64,000 nucleotides of DNA from Octopus vulgaris (lineage: Eukaryota). The notes beneath the pieces were generated by a model. That model had not been told where the DNA came from and did no database searches. It was given only the letters and a program-made list of their open reading frames with translations. The position numbers and the translations under genes were made by a program. The DNA is taken from the NCBI GenBank assembly GCA_951406725.2, contig OX597821.1, positions 21,576,001-21,640,000 of the forward strand. The letters run 5' to 3'. Below are positions 55,400-64,000 of the stretch, in pieces (within the stretch, counting starts at the first letter, position 1; each line of letters begins with the position of its first letter).

Positions 55400-56150
55400 T
55401 TCACATTATCCCAAAACGCATGTCGTTCCTCCAGTCGAAGTTCAAAAAGTTACCGCCATTGTACAGTAAACAGTGCTTCTTTTCATCTTTTATTTTTTCC
55501 GAAATGTTCGCTTATTCAGTTAATGAGATCGATAAGTTTCACTGCTGATATAAGTGGTTCTATTACTTGTGGCGAATATAAAACATTTTTTCCGACAAAG
55601 TGATTGATGCTGAATGAGGTAGTAAATCATGTTTTGTAGTTCCCAAACTGTCACAATCTTCATAGATCTGTCCAACGAAACATTTTTTTCTTAGATCATT
55701 CATATTTTCCACCATCAGTTGTAATCCTCTATATTTTCTTCTAAACCAGATTGTACAGGATGCGTCTAAAAACCTTCTACATTTTACAAATTGATAAAAG
55801 TTTCAACAAGCAAACGCACGGTGTGCAGCAGTCGAAACTGGTGATAAATGAACGAAATAACATAGCCTTATTAATATACCGCTACCATCTGATTAATTTC
55901 GCTGGTACCACACCAACGGCCCCATAAAATATGGGAGGTCTTTTGTCGCATCTTGTACTTTGACAATAAAATATTCTATCCTCCATGATTTGGCAAATAT
56001 TTTCACCAGTTGTTCTTCCATGTATACTGCTTATTAAAGCTAGTTCTACCGTTATTCTGAACTTAGCATTAATTCCTCAAATAATCATCTGCAACACCAA
56101 ACTATAAGGTATCTATAGATTCCTCAAGAGTCAAAGAAAGCCACTGGATA
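55400..56150 (-). pseudogene. Decayed hAT (Buster/SPIN/GTF2IRD2-like) transposase
   Basis: WLSLTLEESIDT; GINAKFRITVELALISSIHGRTTGENI; KYNL..ITTDGGK; YYLIQHQSLC..VIEPLISAV, in the expected order. Confidence 0.75.
55756..55955. mobile_element. 200-bp Tc1/mariner-type MITE nested in the hAT fossil
   Basis: TIRs caggatgcgtctaaaaacc / ggtcttttgtcgcatcttg with a TA duplication. Removing it restores the K-Y-N-L codons. Confidence 0.7.
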
Positions 56151-56382
56151 TATCCTGTATCGTTTAACACAGACAGGATATAGTCTCTAGCTTACATCTT
56201 CTCTCTTTCTTGTTTCTGCAGATAACTAATATATTTGAATTAATGTTTCATATTCTTCAACTGTTGTTAACTGTCATAAAATATACAATTAATTAACCGT
56301 AATAAACAGCACCCAGTTACCCGATTAAGCAACATCCAAACTAAGTTTATCTGTAGCACTGTTATTAATAATCATCTCTGCG

Positions 56383-56765
56383 AAGGGGGGCAAGCTGGCA
56401 GAAACGTTAGCACGCCGGGCGAAATGCTTACCAGTATTTCGTCTGTCTTTACGTTCTGAGTTCAAATTCCGCCGAGGTCGACTTTGCTTTTCATCCTTTC
56501 GGGGTCGATTAAATAAATACCAGTTACGCACTGGCGTCGATATAATCGACTTAATCCGTTTGTCTGTCCGTGTTTGTCCTCTCCGTGTGTAGCCCCTTGT
56601 GGGTAGCAAAGAAATAGGTATTTTGTCCATATTTATGTACTGAGTTCATATTCCGCCGGGGGTCGACTTTGCATTCCATCCTATCGGGGCTCAATAAAGT
56701 AAGTACCAGTTGAGCACTGGAGGAGATACAATCGACTTGCTGGTCTTGTGCAAAAACTTTGAAAA
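56383..56765 (+). mobile_element. SINE family B plus an adjoining older partial unit
   Basis: Homology to 4279-4510; junction aagaaataggtattttgtc. Confidence 0.85.
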
Positions 56766-57149
56766 TTATATTTACGTTAGTAAATGAATTATTCTAATTA
56801 AATACTCAGCTTCACACTTTCATATATTTCATGGCGTCGCTTTCCTATTGAACGAGAAAAGGGAGATGATTCGCTTGCAAATGCGGGCAATTATTAGACA
56901 CATAATGGATCCTACACTCACTACCATCTATGTGCAAAAATTCGCTGAAGATTGTCGTGGAACACATTTACTACGGTAATTTCTGTAGTTGCGGAGGATC
57001 TATAAAAAGAACAACACAGTCACCATGTTACCCAACGCCATAAAAAGAAATTACTTATCACCTGTTTTCAATATAAGTTTAGATACTGCCAAATGATACA
57101 GTTCATCTAATTACAGGTGCTGTGAGCAGTTAATATTTAGATGGATTTT

Positions 57150-58083
57150 TTATCTTTCTACTCTAGGCAAAAGGCCCGAAAGTTTGGGGGAAGGGGCCAG
57201 TCGATTAGATCGACCCCAGTGTGCAACTGGTACTTAATTTATCGACCCCCAAAAGGATGAATGGCAAAGTTGACCTCGGCGGAATTTGAACTCAGAACAT
57301 GAAGACAGACGAAATACCGCTGGGTAATTCGCCCTGTGTGCTAACGTTTCTGCCAGCTCGCCGCCTTTTCATGATGTATCACTGAGAAACACTGTTTATT
57401 TGATTATATTACTTGTTGGAACGAGCTATTTCCATCGTGACATATAATGCTACAACTTAAGTAACGTAACATTTCAGGAACACCACATCATTCATGGTGC
57501 GTGCTTTGACAGGTGTATGGGCAACAACATCATACATAGACACATACACAAGCAAATGCGATAATGTGCACGCATGCACACACACATTACACAAACACAC
57601 ACACACACACACACACCGCACACGCACATATATGTCGGTTAAAAGTACACATTAAGAATCGAGACAAAACAACGTGTATTGGATACACAGAATAGCACAA
57701 AGTTGACACTCAAGTAATCCATCATCATATAAGTCAATTATACAGGTTGGAAACTGAATGGGTAATTCTAAATTCGAGTTATTTACCAATTATCCGATTA
57801 ATTAAGGAATTCTTAATATGGCGCAAGTAGACTAAATTCGTACGTTGATGTATATATATACATGTGTAGGGGACAATCTGGCAGAAACGTTAGCACGCCG
57901 GGTGAAATGCTTAGCAGTAGTTCGTTTGTCTTTACGCTCTGAGTTCAAATTCCGCCGAAGTCGACTTTGCCTTTCATCCTTTCGGGGTCGATAAATTAAG
58001 TACCAGTTGCGTACTGGAGTCGATCTAATCAACTGCCCCCCCTCCCTTAATGTTTCGGGCCTTGTACCTAGGGTAGAAAAGAA
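57150..58083. mobile_element. Two SINE B subfamily copies (57150-57366 minus; 57868-58083 plus) with an alternative 3' tail
   Basis: Same head and central domain; tail cccc..tttcgggcctt..gcctagagtagaaa. Confidence 0.85.
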
Positions 58084-58150
58084 TTTATATATACGTGTGT
58101 GTATGCATATACATACATATATACGTGCGTCTGTGTGCGTGTATGTGTGC

Positions 58151-58186
<36 letters not shown>

Positions 58187-58233
58187 CATACATACATACA
58201 CGTATATATATATAAATATATATATACATACAC

Positions 58234-58275
<42 letters not shown>

Positions 58276-58279
<4 letters not shown>

Positions 58280-58599
58280 GGTAAGACCCCTTCGGTCAGG
58301 CACTGACATGGGTTTGCACCTAGGAGATACCCTCTGAGGCACAAGTCTGGGCAAGGTTGTTTTATGGAAGACCAGCAGTCGCCCATGCATACCGGCCTCC
58401 CTCTCCACGTCACTGATGTTGTCCAAGGGAAAGGCAAGGGCCGATACAGCTTGGCACCTGTGACGTCGCAACTCATTTCTACAGCTGAGTGAACTGGAGC
58501 AACGTGAAATAAAGTGCCTTGCTCAAGAACACAACACGCAGCCCCGTCCGGATTGAGCTCACAACCTCACGATCGTAAGCTCGACGCTCTATCTACTGA

Positions 58600-58604
<5 letters not shown>
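58276..58604 (-). mobile_element. tRNA-derived CORE-like SINE (family D) inserted in (TA)n
   Basis: Minus-strand head atggctcagtagatagagcg; gtgttcttgagcaaggcactttatttcacgttgctccag. Confidence 0.75.
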
Positions 58605-58646
<42 letters not shown>

Positions 58647-58649
58647 TCT

Positions 58650-59438
58650 TGTCTTTTACTTGTTTCTGTCATTTACTTGCGGCCATACTAGGAGGCCCGC
58701 CTTGAAGGGTTTTAGTGGAGCAAATCGACCCTAGGACTTCTTATTCTTAAATTCCTAGTAATTATTCTATCGGTTTCTTTAGCCAAACGGCTAGACAACA
58801 TTGACGTAAATACGGTTGTCAACCGCTTGTCAAGTGATATAGGGGAACAAGTACAGGCATCAAGACGCACACATGTATACATAGATACGACGGGCTTCTT
58901 TCAGTTTCCGTCTACTAAATCCACTCACGAGGCTTTGGTCCACCCGAGGCCATAGTAGAGGAAACTTGCCTAAGGTGCCATACAGCAGGACTGGATCGGG
59001 AACCATGCTACATAGGCAAGCCTGATCCTACACGTATGGGTGTGTACGCGTATGTATGCGCGTGTGTATGTATGTATATATAGGCGTAGGAGCGGCTGTG
59101 TGGTAAGTAGCTTGTTTACCAACCACATGGTTCCGGGTTCAGTCCCACTGCGTTGGACCTTGGGCAAGTGTCTTCTACTATAGCCTGAGTGGATTTGTTA
59201 GACGGAAACTGAAAGAAGCCCGTATATATGTATATATATATATGTGTGTGTTTGTGTGTGTGTGTGTGTGTGTTTGTGTGTCTGTGTTTGCCCCCCCCCC
59301 CCCCGACATCGTTTGAGACCGATAGAATAAGTACTAGGCCTACAAAGTATAAGTCCTGGGGTCGATTTGCTCGACTAAAGGCGGTGCTCCAGCATGGCCA
59401 CAGTCAAATGACTGAAACAACTAAAAGAGTAAAAGAGT
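58650..59438. mobile_element. Two SINE family A copies (58650-59012 minus; 59082-59438 plus)
   Basis: Homology to 38541-38960. Confidence 0.8.
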
Positions 59439-59452
59439 AGATGTACGGTTGA

Positions 59453-59537
<85 letters not shown>

Positions 59538-60455
59538 TTTATATGCATATATATATATATATATATATATAGATATATATATATATATGCGTGTGTGGGT
59601 GAGTGTATACATATCGATACACGCACAGCATACGCATCATATGTGTTTTTGTATGTGTTTATGTGTATCTGTGTCTGTGCGTAAGCGCGCGACACTGTTA
59701 TATATATGCTATACTGTGTGTTTTAATATGCATCCTACTTTCAGCTGAAAAACACACCACACAAAATCCGTCGTACCAATCTACATTGTAATTTTCTAGT
59801 TAGAATCTATACAGAATAACATCTTGATCATTATACTTCATATACACTTTATACGTGCGTGTAGGAGTATGTATGCTTGTAAATTTGCGTGTGCATCAGT
59901 GGGGGTGTATTTATATTTACGTGAGAGCATTATTATCGTTAACATTATTAGGATCATCACTACTAGTGAATGTAGTTCTTTCGCCATTACTAACCTCAAC
60001 CATCGCCACCATTATCGTTATCACGTCAAATGAAGCACTACGAAGTTAAGAAGATATCGTGACGCACAGTGGTGGAGGCGGTGATAGTGGTGGTGGTGGT
60101 GGTTTTGGCAGTGGGTAGTGATGGTATTGTTGGTGCGAGTGTTGGCGCTGGTGTTGCTGATAGTTGAGGTGGTGGTGGTGGTGGTGGTGGTGATGTTCAT
60201 GATATCGTTGGGACACAAAACTAATTAACAAAAGGGAAAATAGACCAGAAACGTGCACACGCACGTGCATACACAAGCATACACAAGCAAACAAACGACT
60301 CATATCCAGAAAACATTTTAAAATTTGAATTGTAGTCAGTCTACATCAAGATTAGGAATGAATTAACCAAGCAGTGTCGAGGTGAAAGAATAAACCAAGG
60401 GAGGTTATCTACCCCAACTGTTCAATACCACATAGAGGGTGCTGCGAAGATTGGG

Positions 60456-60488
60456 TGATTGACAGAGTTTAATTGAATTGTCTGTCAA
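60456..60488. promoter_or_regulatory. Pbx-Meis/Prep decamer TGATTGACAG with an inverted TGACAG site (imperfect palindrome)
   Basis: TGATTGACAGagtttaattgaattgtCTGTCAA. Confidence 0.3.
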
Positions 60489-60934
60489 ACTACCATTGTT
60501 ATTTTGGCGTCCTGTCTGTGTTGTTGCTGGTGGGAGTGCGGTATGGTTCGTTTTGTTGTTGCTACTGCTGTTGTTGTGGTTCTTGTTGTTTGAGTTGGCA
60601 CCGAGATCCGTGGGTTTATGCACATAAGTATGTTTGTTTGTGTATGTGCGTGCGTCTGTGTGTGTGTTCTTGTGTGAATGAGTGTGACCATGATGTTCCA
60701 CTGACCTGATGAGCCAGCTTTCGTTATTTGCATTAATTTATGAATATACAGTACTATACATTTTTCTATAATAGTTTGTGGGGGTTTAATGGTAATTCCT
60801 ATGGCTTCGGAGTTTTTCATGACTCCTATTTTTAGTAAAGCTGGTGTTTCTTAGTACCTCAATTATATATATTTTTATATATATTTATTAATTTAACTAT
60901 ACGGATTTTATGCTTCCGTATGAATAATTATGTT

Positions 60935-61020
<86 letters not shown>

Positions 61021-61057
61021 TTATTTATATATATACATACATACATACATACATACA

Positions 61058-61088
<31 letters not shown>

Positions 61089-61610
61089 GATATAATTTCC
61101 AGCAGATGCCGTCTTTGCCCCGAGAAAACCATGTCTATTCTGTGGACAAATTAGAAGATTGTAAAATTTCTGAACGTCTCTCGAGAAGCCAATACGCATA
61201 TAAACGTACTTTCGCACAATGCAATGAGAAAAAATTATGAGTAACTGTTAACTTAATTTACTTTAAGGTATGGATGACTTAAGTTTACTTTTAACCCCAC
61301 CCCCATTCTTATGAACTAGATAACTAATTCGCTTTGTGATTGCACCAAAACATACATGTGCGTATGCTTAAATGTTTGCGGATGCTTGTATAAACGAGTG
61401 TACTCGCGCCATGCAGCTTGCCCGAGGGCGTTTGTACATCTGTATTTGTTAACGGTTATTTCAAAACTTTTCTTGCTAGATTGCGTGTTCCGTTCTCTTT
61501 TTGTCATCCATGATTATATTTTTGATCTTCTGTATAAATGAAGATATGTCCTCCGTCTAGGTACAAAACGGGAAGTTACATTGCCGAACAGCCATCTGAA
61601 CGAATTGTAT

Positions 61611-61728
61611 TTATTTATCACCCGATGAGATACATCTGCACCACCGGATGCTCCTGAACCAGCTGTTGAGTGTCCCACCCAACAGAAATCGATGCTAGAT
61701 GTGTCGAAACAATTGTCGTGCTTAATAA
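61611..61728 (+). ncRNA. Type I hammerhead-like ribozyme, U4C core variant, in a PLE-like element ending near 61770
   Basis: CCGATGA (61622-61628), stem II GATACATCT/AGATGTGTC, GAAAC-AATT-GTC (cleavage after 61717), stem I 9/11 paired. Confidence 0.7.
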
Positions 61729-61949
61729 TAAATTTCGTATTTCCATCTTCTGTCTTTCATTTGCTTATTTATACATATATATATACATACATAATAATCA
61801 GCCAAAATTGGAGGATAATATGGTTCTTGGCTGAAGATAGAAGACTTCGAATTACCCGACCTTGTTCTTTGTATCGTCTATCTGGATGTTTTGTTGTCCC
61901 TTTTAGTATCACCTAGTTGTCCGGATGTCTTGCTTTCATGTCCTTTTTG

Positions 61950-62011
<62 letters not shown>

Positions 62012-62059
62012 AAATATATATATATGTGTATATGTATATATATATATGTATTTAATATA

Positions 62060-62457
62060 TACTCTTTTACTCTTTTACTTGTTTCAGTCATTTGACTGCG
62101 GCCATGCTGGAGTACCGCCTTTAGTCGAGCAAATCGACCCCGGGACTTATTCTTTGTAAGCCAGTACTTATTCTATCGGTCTCTTTTGCCGAACCGCTAA
62201 GAGACGGGGACATAAAGACACCAGCATCGGTTGTCAAGCAATGCTAGGGGGACTAACACAGACACACAAACACATACATATATATATACATATATACGAC
62301 AAGCTTCTTTCAGTTTCCGTCTACCAAATCCACTCACAAGGCATTGGTCGGCCCGAGGCTATAGTAGAAGACACTTGCCCAAGATGCCACGCGGTGGCAC
62401 TGAAGCCGGAATCATGTGGTTGGTAAGCAAGCTACTTACCACACAGCCACTCCTGCG

Positions 62458-62460
<3 letters not shown>
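62060..62460 (-). mobile_element. SINE family A, full length
   Basis: Reverse complement of 38541-38960. Confidence 0.9.
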
Positions 62461-62490
<30 letters not shown>

Positions 62491-62820
62491 GATAGAATTT
62501 TTCGGAAAAAAATTCTATCAATGGCCAGCATATTAAAAAATACCTTAAAGGTTAAATTCATAAACAACTTATAAAAAAGAGCAAAAGAACAAATTCTAAT
62601 GCCATATATAACGAAAATAGACAAATCGACATTAACCATATAATTTATCACTAAAAGCACGCGTCTCGAGGTAAGCCGACAGAAATTTCTAAAATATTCC
62701 GCTATTATCGTATCGGTCCCAATTTCAGAGTTAATTCATAAGAATAGTTATTGACGATTCGTCAATTTTCGGCATATTTGGCGTTAGAATTTTTTTCTTT
62801 TGCCCTTGTTTATAGGTTTT
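62491..62820 (-). mobile_element. (TA)n-inserted hairpin element: diverged ~67-bp inverted repeats around a decayed hammerhead-like loop
   Basis: Arms 62570-62636 / 62747-62814. Minus-strand loop ctgaaatt..ccga..tcgg..ctcGAGACGCGT. Small terminal hairpin at 62491-62519. Confidence 0.5.
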
Positions 62821-62837
62821 ATATATATATTTACATA

Positions 62838-62871
<34 letters not shown>

Positions 62872-62875
62872 CATA

Positions 62876-62913
<38 letters not shown>

Positions 62914-63096
62914 AACATAGATATATACGTATATGTGCGTATATACAAATGTGTGTGTTTGCGCACATGTACATTCCACACAACCTATCTTCTGCCTACT
63001 CACCAAAAGACACTCCAACTGTAAACAAACCTTGTAATAATGCATAAAATGATATATTCCCATAAAAGAATTTCACATAGTAACGGAAATTAAAAG

Positions 63097-63175
<79 letters not shown>

Positions 63176-63642
63176 TAATAATAATAGTAAATCTCTAAAG
63201 AATAGGTCAGTTTAAGAGAATGGAATAGAGGTCAATTTTCAATGCATTCAAAATATTTCACAAGAAGTCTCCAAAATAATCGGTTCCCGAGAGCCCGCTT
63301 CATTGAAGATTTTGTTCTTTAAAAATTATTCAACCGAAATATTTCTTTCGAGGTTCTCCCAAAGCTGTTCTTCTCTCTTGGGAATATAAGCATTTCAGAA
63401 GCGCGTTATCTTTTAGTGTGTGCATCTGCCTGTATGCTGCTGTTCTACGATGCATATGTGTACGTAGCTATGTATACATACATACAAATATATGTGTGTG
63501 TGTATCTGTATGTATGTGTGTGCGTGTGTGTCTGTGCATATGTACAATCATGCATGAAGCTATGTTAATATGGATACACATATAGACACATTGACGCACA
63601 AATATTCATACATAAATATGTATATATATGTGTGTGTATATA

Positions 63643-63704
<62 letters not shown>

Positions 63705-63833
63705 GATAGATATATATATATATATATATTACTAAAGCATTAATGTCAGCTTTTTCTGTCTGTTCGCCAATTCGAAGATAGACTTTTGTGCATGTAGAGA
63801 TATACACGATTATGTGAGTGTCCTGTATATATA

Positions 63834-63869
<36 letters not shown>

Positions 63870-63891
63870 CTCCCTATATATATGCTATATA

Positions 63892-63929
<38 letters not shown>

Positions 63930-64000
63930 CTCTCCCTATGTATATATACATGCATAAAAGCCTGCATGTATATCTATATAGATATGTACATACATACATG

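Noticed and set aside
60453-60494. pre-miRNA hairpin
   Set aside because: Only about 40 nt, too short for Drosha/Dicer geometry.
60696-60725. ctgatgagccagctttcg hammerhead-like core
   Set aside because: No downstream GAAA, stem III or cleavage triplet.

Overview
AT-rich animal genomic DNA saturated with microsatellites ((TA)n, (CA)n, (GATA)n, (TACA)n, trinucleotides). The SINE families look, from memory, like those of octopod cephalopods; this is an inference and no search was run. Nearly all listed ORFs are microsatellite translation artefacts. The real coding remnants are transposon-derived: a Penelope-like (PLE) GIY-YIG endonuclease ORF, a CR1-type LINE 3' end, a Tx1/L1-type LINE sitting in (GATA)n, and hAT and Tc1/mariner fossils. 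There are also a non-autonomous Helitron, more than 25 SINE copies and a few candidate small host exons on the minus strand. The main hidden layer is at least 11 type I hammerhead-ribozyme (HHR) motifs in several short elements that appear unrelated and are inserted into (TA)n/(CA)n tracts. Most keep a self-complementary stem III, they include recurrent non-canonical cores (CCGAnGA; CUGUnGA plus one extra nt), and several are folded back into near-perfect 66-129 bp inverted duplications. A degenerate 28S-rRNA-derived segment with a PLE-like tail is also present.
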